Assembly (NCBI GenBank): GCA_016937995.1
Contig: JAFGVM010000034.1
Coordinates: forward strand, 1 to 46,990
Reading direction: 5' to 3'
DNA from: Candidatus Delongbacteria bacterium
GTDB taxonomy: Bacteria; UBA4055
DNA: 46,990 nt
Shown here: positions 9,062 to 18,038 of the stretch, one piece after another
Position numbering within the stretch: the stretch's first letter is position 1
Layout: each line of letters starts with the position of its first letter
Notes under the pieces: model-generated
The model's input: the letters and a program-made list of their open reading frames with translations, nothing else
Told to the model about the DNA's origin: nothing
Databases searched by the model: none
Program-made: the position numbers and the translations under genes

Positions 9062-9798
9062 TATTCCCTTTTTCTTAATATTGCTTCAACTTTTTCAAGA
9101 TCTTCCTCAGTATCAACTCCAATAGAATCATAATCGACTTCCACACACTTGATCTTATATCCGTTCTCCAATATTCTAAGCTGCTCTAACGATTCAGCTA
9201 TCTCATTGGGAGTTCGATCCATTTCAACATATTTCTTCAGGAATCCGAATTTATAGCAGTATAGACCGATATGCTTATACTTTATATCTGTAGTCACTCT
9301 ATTACTGGGAATCTCAGATCTTGAAAAATACATTGCATTATTATTTTTATCCATCACTGCTTTAACCACATTCATATTATCAAGTTCAGCTCTCTCAGAT
9401 ATTTTCTTTACCGGTGTTGAGCATACCGCATCAGAGGATCTGACCAGTTCCTCAACAGTTTTATCAATTACTGAAGGATCTATCAGTGGCTCATCTCCCT
9501 GAATATTAACAACAATATCGCAATTTAGGTCTTTTACTGCCTCCCAACATCTGTCAGTGCCTGAATTAATATCCTGAGCCGTCATTATTACAGTCTTGTT
9601 ATTTGCTACTAAATGATCAAATATCCTTTTATCATCAGTCGCAACAATAACTTTACTGATCAATTTGCTCTTCTCTACCTGATCGCAAACATGCAATATC
9701 ATACTTCTATCACAGATCTCACGTAACGGTTTACCGGGTAATCGCGTTGAATTATATCTGGCCGGAATAACTCCGATTATTTTGCAGGATCTATCCAT
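9058..9798 (-). CDS. kdsB: 3-deoxy-manno-octulosonate cytidylyltransferase
   Basis: IPARYNSTRLPGKPL, SGTDR, NIQGDEP, YFSRS, ESLEQLRILENG. Confidence 0.97.
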   Translation of the reverse strand: MDRSCKIIGVIPARYNSTRLPGKPLREICDRSMILHVCDQVEKSKLISKVIVATDDKRIFDHLVANNKTVIMTAQDINSGTDRCWEAVKDLNCDIVVNIQGDEPLIDPSVIDKTVEELVRSSDAVCSTPVKKISERAELDNMNVVKAVMDKNNNAMYFSRSEIPSNRVTTDIKYKHIGLYCYKFGFLKKYVEMDRTPNEIAESLEQLRILENGYKIKCVEVDYDSIGVDTEEDLEKVEAILRKREY

Positions 9799-10141
9799 TC
9801 AGTATCTCTTTCAATTCATCCATTTTAAAAGGTTTATCCAATAAACCACTAACTCCGTATTTTTCCATTTTTTCATTTGACAGTACATTGTGATATCCCG
9901 AAACAATATAGACTTTCACATTTGAGTATTTTGATTTTATCATTTCTGCGATTTCATATCCCGTCATATCCGGCATCTGATAGTCTGAAATAACAATATC
10001 TATATCGTGGTCCATAAAAATTTCATCAACTTTAGTTCCTGAAGTAATAGAATACACCTTATGGCCTAATAACTCTATTATCTCCATCAGAAGCTCAAGT
10101 ATTTCAGGTTGATCGTCAATAATTAATATATTTTTTTGCAT
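9791..10141 (-). CDS. Single-domain (CheY-like) response regulator
   Basis: IIDD, SDYQMPDMTG (phospho-Asp), VSG, KPF; no output domain. Confidence 0.93.
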   Translation of the reverse strand: MQKNILIIDDQPEILELLMEIIELLGHKVYSITSGTKVDEIFMDHDIDIVISDYQMPDMTGYEIAEMIKSKYSNVKVYIVSGYHNVLSNEKMEKYGVSGLLDKPFKMDELKEILNG

Positions 10142-10166
10142 TAATCGCCCTAGATTTTTTATATTC

Positions 10167-10211
10167 TTACAGTGTAGCTGTAATCATAACAATTTATTTT
10201 CATTTATTCAA
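10167..10211 (-). promoter_or_regulatory. Sigma70 promoter of RR-kdsB-dxs with operator-like IR over the start site
   Basis: TTGAAT-17-TATGAT (10211-10183) with extended TG; IR TTACAG-N5-CTGTAA at 10167-10183. Confidence 0.55.
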
Positions 10212-10235
10212 GAAGTATATGATAATTTTCCTATG

Positions 10236-10261
10236 AAAAAAAGCTACCTAGGTAGCTTTTT
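10236..10261 (-). terminator. Intrinsic terminator (bidirectional-looking)
   Basis: Perfect palindrome AAAAAGCTACC-TA-GGTAGCTTTTT, about 20 nt after the stop of the upstream gene. Confidence 0.75.
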
Positions 10262-10280
10262 ATTTCTGAAGCCATATAAG

Positions 10281-10781
10281 TTAATCTTCAAATGTCATAT
10301 TCTTGATCTCTTCAATTCTCTGATCATGCTTGATCAATTCTTTTGCTCTATCTTCCTCAGCCTGTTTTAATATTTTTTTTGCCTTTCTTTCTCTGCTTAA
10401 AATGCTTTTATTCGCATTTTCAAATCTTTTGAGCTCTCTTGTAATTAATTTTTCTCTCTTCTGCTCAGGTGTAAGTTTCTCTTTCGGTTTACGGTATTTC
10501 TTGGTCTTTTTGTTTTTTTTGATATCCTTTATCTTTTTTGTTGATTCCTCCTTGAAAATCTCATCACCGGTATCTTCTTCAATATCAGCATCCGTCTCAA
10601 CATCCATTTCGTCACCAGTATCTTCAAGTTCATCATCGTCAACTTGATCTTCCACTACTTCAGCATTACTGCCACTGTTACCACTTAATCCTCTTTGTGC
10701 AAAAAGAAGTTTGGTACGTGAAAATGTAAGTAATACTGCAACAAAAAGAACAAGTAAAATCCTTTTTTGATAATTCACCAT
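10281..10781 (-). CDS. Hypothetical exported protein with acidic block followed by basic/coiled-coil block
   Basis: Hydrophobic signal segment; EDTGDE twice; Lys-rich C-half. Start revised to ATG 10781 because SD GGAGG lies in the first codons of the 10793 ORF. Confidence 0.7.
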   Translation of the reverse strand: MVNYQKRILLVLFVAVLLTFSRTKLLFAQRGLSGNSGSNAEVVEDQVDDDELEDTGDEMDVETDADIEEDTGDEIFKEESTKKIKDIKKNKKTKKYRKPKEKLTPEQKREKLITRELKRFENANKSILSRERKAKKILKQAEEDRAKELIKHDQRIEEIKNMTFED

Positions 10782-10816
10782 TTTTCCTCCCATGGTTTTT
10801 AACTGTTGTCAGTAAT

Positions 10817-10845
10817 AATATATGACTAAGACCCCGATTTTGCAA
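10817..10845 (-). promoter_or_regulatory. Sigma70-type promoter
   Basis: TTGCAA-17-TATATT upstream of the 10781 start. Confidence 0.55.
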
Positions 10846-10868
10846 TATTAAAATTAGGAATTAATAAT

Positions 10869-11231
10869 TCATACTGCTTTCGAGTTCTTATTATTGGTTT
10901 TATTGATCTCATACATCCATCTATTTACAGTTTCTTCTGTTAGTGAAGGTAATAAGGACTGATTCGAGAAAATATTTTTTACGAACCTGTAGAACGGCAC
11001 CCATTTTTCATCGACCTTTTCACCAAAATCAAATTTATCGTTGTAACAGAATGTGTTATCAGTTTTCGCAAAATTGATATTAGCCTTTAATTTATCGTTC
11101 ATATATCTTATATCATCTACCACTGTTTCTTTATCAACATCCATTGATAAAGCTAATTTATCAAGCTTTACTCTATCGTGTTTTTTTAATTCTCTGTTGA
11201 TAAAAAATATTCTTTCCAGTTTTTCCATCAT
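10869..11231 (-). CDS. Stand-alone winged-HTH protein resembling the N-terminus of WYL (YafY/PafB/C-type) regulators
   Basis: KLERIFFINREL...LALSMDVDKETVVDDIRYMNDKLKANI...FCY pattern; SD AAGGAG; only 120 aa, no WYL domain. Confidence 0.65.
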   Translation of the reverse strand: MMEKLERIFFINRELKKHDRVKLDKLALSMDVDKETVVDDIRYMNDKLKANINFAKTDNTFCYNDKFDFGEKVDEKWVPFYRFVKNIFSNQSLLPSLTEETVNRWMYEINKTNNKNSKAV

Positions 11232-11275
11232 TTTCTCCTTATTTTGTTTTCCTGTTTAAAATATACTGATCTTAC

Positions 11276-11294
11276 AAGGTCATATAGTGACCTT
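11276..11294. promoter_or_regulatory. Palindromic operator candidate AAGGTCA-N5-TGACCTT
   Basis: Perfect 7-bp IR just upstream of a minus-strand TATATT -10 (11265-11260); no -35 at 17-bp spacing. Confidence 0.55.
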
Positions 11295-11411
11295 TTGCTC
11301 TTTTTTGGCGAAAAAAATATTTATTCTTCATTTTTTTCTTACATTATCACTTTTCCGTTACGAACTTAAATAAAATTATTTAGTTTAAGATAAAAAATTA
11401 TTTGAGGGAAT

Positions 11412-12419
11412 ATGGATAGAATAAAATTTACATATCCGGAATATATAAACCTGCTCTGGATAAGCCTGTTATTGATAATATTTTATTATTTTACAGTAAA
11501 AAAGAGATTCACTTTTCTTAATAAATTTTTAAGCAATAAAATGCAAACTGTTCTTGCTGATTCTGTTTCAAAAAGAAAAATCATTATAAAAAGACTCATA
11601 CAGGTACTCGGTTTTACAATGATCATCATTGCCTTGATCGGACCTCAGATAGGGATGCAGCTTGTTAATGTTAAAAGACAGGGTATCGATATTGTGGTAG
11701 CTCTTGACCTTTCTAAGTCAATGCTCGCACAGGATATTGTTCCAAGCAGAATAAAAAAAACAAAGCATGAAGTTAAGAACTTTATAAATAAACTTGAAGG
11801 TGACCGTATCGGGTTAGTCGGTTTCACAAGTAAAGCGTTTTTACAATGCCCCCTTACTTCAGATTATGACGCAGCTTTGATGTTCCTTGATATAATGGAT
11901 ACATCTCTCCTGCCTCAGAACGGAACTTCTTTATCTGAAGCGATTTCGGTTTCCTCTTCCGCATTTCTTGAAGAAGATAAAAAACATAAACTGATAATAT
12001 TGATAAGTGACGGTGAGGACCATGAAGAGGGATTCAGTGAAGCAGTTAAAGAAGCGGCAGATAAAGGGATAATCATTTACACTATCGGCATCGGATCATT
12101 GGAGGGAGTACCTATTCCTACCGATAAAGGATTTATAAAAGATGAAGATGGTAAAACTGTAATTTCCAGATTAAATGAGATAGATCTTAAAAAAATTGCG
12201 GCCGAAGGTAATGGTAACTATTATCTTTCTACCTCTTCAGAAGGAGAATTATCCGACATTTTTAAAGATATTTCAAGAATTGAAAAAAAAGAGTTCGGGA
12301 CAAAAGTCTTCAAAGATTTTAAACACCGGTTCCAAATCTTTCTTTTTCTGGGTATTATTCTTTTATTACTGGATTTTTCAATGAACGAACGAAAAAAAAT
12401 CAGGAAGGTTGCTGAATGA
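11412..12419 (+). CDS. batB: VWA-domain protein, BatB type
   Basis: N-terminal TM helices, MIDAS DLSKSM, GDRIGLVGF, PLTSDY, ISDGEDH, C-terminal TM. Confidence 0.85.
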   Translation: MDRIKFTYPEYINLLWISLLLIIFYYFTVKKRFTFLNKFLSNKMQTVLADSVSKRKIIIKRLIQVLGFTMIIIALIGPQIGMQLVNVKRQGIDIVVALDLSKSMLAQDIVPSRIKKTKHEVKNFINKLEGDRIGLVGFTSKAFLQCPLTSDYDAALMFLDIMDTSLLPQNGTSLSEAISVSSSAFLEEDKKHKLIILISDGEDHEEGFSEAVKEAADKGIIIYTIGIGSLEGVPIPTDKGFIKDEDGKTVISRLNEIDLKKIAAEGNGNYYLSTSSEGELSDIFKDISRIEKKEFGTKVFKDFKHRFQIFLFLGIILLLLDFSMNERKKIRKVAE

Positions 12420-13171
12420 AGTTAATTTTGTTTATCACTATCATTTTCACATACAGTCTAAATGCAATAACATACTTTGATGCTAAAAGCGGAGAAAAGG
12501 AATATAATAAAAGAAATTTTCAGATAGCTGAGAAGAAATTCAATTCTGCTACCATTTCTTCCTCAGAACAGGATCCTATCCTTTTTTATGACCACGGTAA
12601 TTCTTTATTTCAACAAAAAAAATATGATGAGGCATTAAGCAGTTATGAAAAAGCTTTATCGGGTAATAACAAGGAATTCAACTCTCAGGTAAAATATAAC
12701 ATTGCCAATACTTTTGTCATGAAACAAAAATATGAAGAAGCATTAAGCTATTATAAAGATGCTCTCAAGCTTGATAATACAAATAAAGATGCTGCTATTA
12801 ATTATGAGATCGTAAAAAAAATGATGCAGCAACAAGAACAGGATCAGCAGAATAAAGACCAGAAGGATAAAAAAGAGGATCAAAAAGATCAGCAGCAGCA
12901 ACAAAATAAGGATCAGAACAAGGATCAGAAAGAACAGGATAAACAGGAACAAGATCAGCAAAAGCAAGATCAGCAGAATAAAGACCAGAAGGACAAACAA
13001 GATCAGCAACAACAAAAACAACAAAAACCTAAAGAAGAAAAAAAGAAAATGTCAAAAGAAGAGGCCGAAAGAATTCTTGAAGCTATGAAAAATGACGAAA
13101 AAGATGTTCAAAAAGATGTTCAAAAAGCATTGATAAATAAAGAGCAGAGTAAAGTAAAAAAGAAATGGTAG
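12416..13171 (+). CDS. batC: TPR protein with Gln/Lys/Asp-rich linker, BatC type
   Basis: Signal peptide, TPRs, Q-rich region, MSKEEAERILEA and terminal W typical of BatC. Confidence 0.8.
   Translation: MKLILFITIIFTYSLNAITYFDAKSGEKEYNKRNFQIAEKKFNSATISSSEQDPILFYDHGNSLFQQKKYDEALSSYEKALSGNNKEFNSQVKYNIANTFVMKQKYEEALSYYKDALKLDNTNKDAAINYEIVKKMMQQQEQDQQNKDQKDKKEDQKDQQQQQNKDQNKDQKEQDKQEQDQQKQDQQNKDQKDKQDQQQQKQQKPKEEKKKMSKEEAERILEAMKNDEKDVQKDVQKALINKEQSKVKKKW
12842..12993 (+). repeat. Low-complexity coding repeats in batC
   Basis: 26-bp direct repeat GATCAGCAGAATAAAGACCAGAAGGA at 12842 and 12968 within Q-rich codons. Confidence 0.8.
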
Positions 13172-13219
13172 CACCATTTCTTATTATACTGTGAGGGCGT
13201 TTCATTAACGCCCTTTTTT
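13160..13219 (+). terminator. Tandem hairpins/terminator at convergent junction
   Basis: AAGAAATGGT-AGC-ACCATTTCTT (13160-13182) and AGGGCGTT-TCATT-AACGCCCT plus T-run (13194-13219). Confidence 0.75.
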
Positions 13220-14129
13220 ATTCAAACGAATAACTGAATCCAAATCCGTGACTGTCCCCTATCTCATCTGAAAAAGGAGAATAGGAATAATTTAAGCTCA
13301 TATTTTTAAATTTAAAACCAAGACCTAATGAAAAAGGCATTCCCTCATTATTAAAACGATAACCGAATCTGGCAAATACTTTATTCTCATAACCAAGTTC
13401 GACACCGGAATATGATTCAAGTTCATCATCATTTAATAAATATTTTTCACTTACAGCAATTGCGGTAGATATACCCAAATCTGTATCAATATTATAACTT
13501 AATCCGAATGTTGCATCCGCTGGAAGATCTGAAATTTCATTATTCATCTTAGTCATCATCCCAAGATTGTTCAATGCTAAGCCAATATCAAGATCTTGAG
13601 TGAAAAGATCTTCCTTATAAAAACCTGCAGAAAAAGCAAAACCCCCAGCATCTTCAAATTCTATTTTTTCATAAATATATTTCGCTGCTACACCAACTTT
13701 AAATGTACTGAACTCATAACCATATACGATATCAGTTATGAAATTCCTTGAATCAAATACATACTGAGGTTCAATTGATGGAATATCCCTACCTTCAAAT
13801 TCATCAACATACAAATATGATACTTTTAATCCTATTAAATGCCTGGACATTCTTTTAGAAATTCCAAAACCTCCGATCTGTCCTTCATCCTGATATTTCC
13901 TGTACGAAAGGAAGGTTTTCAGATCATCCTTATGGAATACTGAAGCCGGATTATAATCTGAATTCTCCAGTTCATTCTTCATCATGTAATATGTTTGAGC
14001 TGTGGAAATATTTGTTGGAGAAACTTCAGTCCTCAAGAAGAACACACCACTGTCAGCAAACAGGATACTGATCACTACCGCTAATAATATTGTTGCAAAT
14101 TTCCTCATTTCATACCTTGTTGTTATCAA
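13218..14129 (-). CDS. PorV/PorQ (UPF0164)-family outer-membrane beta-barrel
   Basis: Signal peptide, FFL..., YNPAS, EGRD, VGVAAKYIYEKI, FARFGY, LNYSY, terminal YSFE. Confidence 0.75.
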   Translation of the reverse strand: MITTRYEMRKFATILLAVVISILFADSGVFFLRTEVSPTNISTAQTYYMMKNELENSDYNPASVFHKDDLKTFLSYRKYQDEGQIGGFGISKRMSRHLIGLKVSYLYVDEFEGRDIPSIEPQYVFDSRNFITDIVYGYEFSTFKVGVAAKYIYEKIEFEDAGGFAFSAGFYKEDLFTQDLDIGLALNNLGMMTKMNNEISDLPADATFGLSYNIDTDLGISTAIAVSEKYLLNDDELESYSGVELGYENKVFARFGYRFNNEGMPFSLGLGFKFKNMSLNYSYSPFSDEIGDSHGFGFSYSFE

Positions 14130-14149
14130 TTATCAAGTTTAAATCACAA

Positions 14150-15109
14150 TTATAAAAAGAATCTCCAGGAAATAGTATGCGGATTAAAATCAGATATTCC
14201 TTCTGCCGTATAAGAATAATCCAGAATACTTCTCATTTTCAGAATTGAAAATTCGAATCCAAGTCCGAATGTCAGGTCGCCTGATATCGTCCCCATTCTG
14301 ACAGAAAAGATTTTTTCAAGATATTTTTTATCCAACTCTATCCCAAGACCATAATTAATATTTAAAAAATCCTCAGATGACAAACTTCCATAGAAACCAA
14401 GGTCCTCGTTGAATGGAGTTATCCATGAAGCACCCAGCGAATAAGTAGCGGGATAATAATCGCTGCTGGCCTGTCCATCGCTCCAGACATCGTTACTGTT
14501 CCATTCATTCTTTCCTTTAAAGTTCCTTGCTGATAGTCCGATCACAAGATCATTCGTTTTGGGAATGATCACAGTAGCACCCACATCAAATGCAAAAGTT
14601 AAAGAAGATACTGTTTCTCCATCCGCACTTCCCTCAGGAAGCCTTGCATAGAGTAATTTAACATTAACTCCGAAAGTTAAAAAGTTTTTTGGTCTCATAC
14701 CGAAAGATACATAGAATAAATTTTCATTGTATGAAAACTCCTGGAACAGATTACCATCCTTGTCCCTTCCCTCAATACCGTCCGTTCCTGTATACAATAT
14801 CCCCAGACCTATCCCAGCATTATTATTTACCGGCATCAAATAAGATAAATATGCGAAATTTCTATCGAATGCCAGAACCTTCATTCCTGTCATTATACTT
14901 TTTTCAGTAACAAAAGCAGCAGTTGCAGGATTGAAATAGGAACTGAAAGTAGATCTTTTATCCGCTATGACCGATCTTCCCAGTGATTCCGAACGTGCAT
15001 CCAACCCGTATCGAAGAAATGAACCTGCCTTCCCCCCAATATCTTCAGAGAACAGATTTATCGTAGAGATAAATAATATTAAAATCATTACATCAAATAA
15101 TCTATTCAT
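14150..15109 (-). CDS. PorV/PorQ-family outer-membrane beta-barrel
   Basis: GSFLRYGLDARSESLG, YFNPA, IEGRDKDG, FGVNVK, LDYSY, ISWRFF; classic PorV N-terminal motif. Confidence 0.8.
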   Translation of the reverse strand: MNRLFDVMILILFISTINLFSEDIGGKAGSFLRYGLDARSESLGRSVIADKRSTFSSYFNPATAAFVTEKSIMTGMKVLAFDRNFAYLSYLMPVNNNAGIGLGILYTGTDGIEGRDKDGNLFQEFSYNENLFYVSFGMRPKNFLTFGVNVKLLYARLPEGSADGETVSSLTFAFDVGATVIIPKTNDLVIGLSARNFKGKNEWNSNDVWSDGQASSDYYPATYSLGASWITPFNEDLGFYGSLSSEDFLNINYGLGIELDKKYLEKIFSVRMGTISGDLTFGLGFEFSILKMRSILDYSYTAEGISDFNPHTISWRFFL

Positions 15110-15145
15110 TAGTTTCTTTTCTCCGTATCTTTAAGAGAGTACAAT

Positions 15146-16624
15146 TTAGTCAAATACGATAATTTTATTCCACAATTTTTTTTCACCGTAGGTAATGATG
15201 TAGAAATAAGCTCCGTTCGCAACTTCATCACCATTATTATCTTTACCGTCCCAACTGATGTAATGTTCTCCTGCATCGTAAGTCTTTGAAAGGATTACAT
15301 CTCTTACTTTTTCCATGGCAAAATTGTATATTTTACAGCTTATAGTTTCTGTGGATTTTAAGCTGAATTGAAATCTCTGCTCCAAAAATCTGTCAGGTGT
15401 GAATGATACAGGATTAGGATATGCATAAGTTTTATTTGAAGAATCACTGGCTTCCTTATAGGCTTCGTAAATATGCCAGCTCTGACCATCATCATTACTA
15501 ACTACAAGTCCATATCCAGTTCCAATGAACATCTTCCCGTTCTGATATTCAAATGAGTAAACCCTTTCAATATTCACAAAACCGTTCCTGGTCTCTGAAA
15601 ATACTGAAATATCGTATTTTTCCCAGTAATTACCAAGATCCGATGATTTCCATAGCCCATTCACACCACAGGCAAAAACATCGTCTCCATTAAATCCTAT
15701 ATTGTATATTTTTTCACCCAATAGGCATTTATTCCACTTCAAACCGTTATTATTTGTAAAAGATACTCCGTTTATCTCATCAGCATTTTCAGCGAACCAC
15801 GAACTGACCCACACATATTCCTTACCATCACTGAATTCATTTGAATTTATCGAAGTGATCCAGTTACCCGAAAGACCGTTCCTGTATGTGTAACGGGTCC
15901 ATGTAAGTAAAGAATCAGTTAGTGTGTAATCATGGCAAAGATTTATTCCCCCTGCTGAACCTGTCCATAATTTTCCGCTTTTTGTGTGATGAACAGAGAA
16001 CATTCTCTGATTCATATATTGGATCGGATTCCATTCAGGTTCTCCGCATATGACTGTTCTCCAGTGCTCTCCGAGATCATCGGATCTTTGTATGGTCTGT
16101 CCAAAGCATGCCATCCAGATACCTCCTAAAGAATCACATGCTATATCGTAAGTCAAACCCTGTATAGGTGTAACTCCCGGAGGAGGAAAATGCGTCCAGG
16201 TCCTTCCCGAATCAGAAGACATGTGTACTCCGGTACCTGTAGGCAGAAATTTTGTATCATCTACCAGAAATGTATCCGTTGCAGTTGTCATCCAGATCCT
16301 GCTGTCTTTATCAATAGCTATAGCACTTGATCCGCCATACCCCACCCTTGCATTATTCCATCTGATATCCTCGATCTCATCTCTTGTATCGTAACCTTTG
16401 GAGAACCCGTCACCTGTTGCAACATATATTACTGAATCGAGAGCAATATCACTGTTAGGATCACTGACAATATCAAGAATAAAGTTTCCGTCAAGTCTCT
16501 CCTCTTCTGTACCCGATTTATCCATATCACCTTTCAAGCTGAAGCTTTCAGGTCTATAGGACTTTGAGAAAAGGAAAGAGTTACTTAGAGTTAAAAGGAT
16601 TACTATAATTAAATGTTTGTACAT
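15146..16624 (-). CDS. Asp-box beta-propeller protein with T9SS/FlgD-Ig-type C-terminal domain (PorZ-like architecture)
   Basis: Asp-box repeats SSDSGRTW, SDDLGEHW, TNNNGLKW, SSDLGNYW, SNDDGQSW; C-terminal YAYPNP...IYN...WDGKDNNGDEVANGAYFY. Confidence 0.75.
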   Translation of the reverse strand: MYKHLIIVILLTLSNSFLFSKSYRPESFSLKGDMDKSGTEEERLDGNFILDIVSDPNSDIALDSVIYVATGDGFSKGYDTRDEIEDIRWNNARVGYGGSSAIAIDKDSRIWMTTATDTFLVDDTKFLPTGTGVHMSSDSGRTWTHFPPPGVTPIQGLTYDIACDSLGGIWMACFGQTIQRSDDLGEHWRTVICGEPEWNPIQYMNQRMFSVHHTKSGKLWTGSAGGINLCHDYTLTDSLLTWTRYTYRNGLSGNWITSINSNEFSDGKEYVWVSSWFAENADEINGVSFTNNNGLKWNKCLLGEKIYNIGFNGDDVFACGVNGLWKSSDLGNYWEKYDISVFSETRNGFVNIERVYSFEYQNGKMFIGTGYGLVVSNDDGQSWHIYEAYKEASDSSNKTYAYPNPVSFTPDRFLEQRFQFSLKSTETISCKIYNFAMEKVRDVILSKTYDAGEHYISWDGKDNNGDEVANGAYFYIITYGEKKLWNKIIVFD

Positions 16625-17804
16625 TACTTTCTCTGTTTGTTTTTGATTTTGATACTTTTTTGAAAACTAAATTACCATTTAGCAGGTTGCTTCTATTTCT
16701 CACTTTATCAACTGCTTCAATGACGAATGGAAGTTCTGCTACTGTATCAGGGAAAAAGGAGCTGTTCATAGTATAAGGCATAGTATATATTCCATCATTT
16801 TCATTTTCATCAAGTCCTTCACCATCATCCATCATCAGCCGTGTTGAATTAGTAGTAATGTTTACGCTGTCAATATCTTGATCTTCGGTCATTAAATTAC
16901 CTTGCTGATCATTTACATTCACTGTTACTTTGAAGTCAATAAAAAGTGTACTGTCTATTGGGACAAAAACAGTATCAGGATATATCAAATTGTAAATAAT
17001 TGGAGCCGTATTTTCAAGCCTAATACTTTTAATTTCAAGTGAATCAGATTCTCCATAAGAATCAGTGGCAATGAATGTAAAGTTGTAATTGTCGTTCGTG
17101 GCTAATCCTGAAGCCAGTGTAGAGTCGATCTTAATGATCATAGTACCAAGAGGATCTTCACGTACATACTCCATATCTTTAGGGATATTATCCCTGTTCC
17201 TTATCTCCAGTTTCAATGTTTGATTGTCATTAAATCCTGATGCATCGTTATCAGGGTCAGTAATAGAGATCGCAATATTTTTTGTAGAAAAACCGGAAAA
17301 TAATGTATCTTCATCTGCTATGCCGTTAACGTAATTTATCACCGGTGCGGAATTTTCGTTAACTAAAATATTTTGAAAAACATAATCATAGATCAGAGTT
17401 GAATCAGGGATATATACCTCAATATTAAAATCCCAGTTCCCTTCTTCGGGAAATGTGTTCGAATTTATTCCTCCCGACCAAATGTTATTTGATGCTGCAA
17501 GATCATTTCTCAATGAATCATCTGATATACCATCATCATAAATTTCCATATTTACTGTTGAAGTACCATTTGTAAAAAAGGCAGTTACTCTCAAAGAATC
17601 AGAAGGTAAATAATTTGATCCCAGTGCCACCTTATAATGATATACGCGATCCTTCCCAAATTGCACTTTTGAAGGAACTACTGAAAGATCTTCAATTATT
17701 TTAACAGTTTTATCTTCTGATTCGAGAGTGTTCTCTGAGCAGGAAAAAGAGTTAAGTAGAACAGCAGTGTAGACTATCAACAATATGTATTTTAACTTAT
17801 TCAT
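16581..17804 (-). CDS. Lipoprotein with Ig-like domains and two DDG...D..(N/D)GI-like acidic loops
   Basis: Lipobox-like NSFSC; IYDDGISDDSLRNDLAASNNIWS and MMDDGEGLDENENDGIYT; beta-rich. Confidence 0.65.
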   Translation of the reverse strand: MNKLKYILLIVYTAVLLNSFSCSENTLESEDKTVKIIEDLSVVPSKVQFGKDRVYHYKVALGSNYLPSDSLRVTAFFTNGTSTVNMEIYDDGISDDSLRNDLAASNNIWSGGINSNTFPEEGNWDFNIEVYIPDSTLIYDYVFQNILVNENSAPVINYVNGIADEDTLFSGFSTKNIAISITDPDNDASGFNDNQTLKLEIRNRDNIPKDMEYVREDPLGTMIIKIDSTLASGLATNDNYNFTFIATDSYGESDSLEIKSIRLENTAPIIYNLIYPDTVFVPIDSTLFIDFKVTVNVNDQQGNLMTEDQDIDSVNITTNSTRLMMDDGEGLDENENDGIYTMPYTMNSSFFPDTVAELPFVIEAVDKVRNRSNLLNGNLVFKKVSKSKTNRESNVQTFNYSNPFNSK

Positions 17805-17842
17805 CCGTATTACCGGGTCCTTTAATTAAATTTAACTTTGAG

Positions 17843-17871
17843 AAAATAATCCAATTATGCACTAAAGTCAA
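17843..17871 (-). promoter_or_regulatory. Sigma70-type promoter of the four-gene T9SS-related operon
   Basis: TTGACT-17-TATTTT. Confidence 0.55.
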
Positions 17872-18038
17872 TTCGAATAAATTATACTTCTGCTCAATAA
17901 GTTAGTTCAATGAGTAAGAAATCTTTTTTATTGATATTTACGATTTATGATATTATTTTATTCCGAATACTGAGAAAAGCATTAGAAGTAAATATCTTTC
18001 ACCAACTGTTTATTCATTTAAATAACTTGGGGATCAAA

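Noticed and set aside
12830-13130. CRISPR-like or DNA-level repeat array
   Set aside because: Repeats are in-frame Q/K/D codons of BatC with irregular spacing; the antisense Leu-rich ORF 12743-13024 is a shadow.
17910-18038. 43-aa N-terminal extension of the hybrid kinase
   Set aside because: Contains a promoter-like sequence; a GTG with SD at 18039 is a better start.
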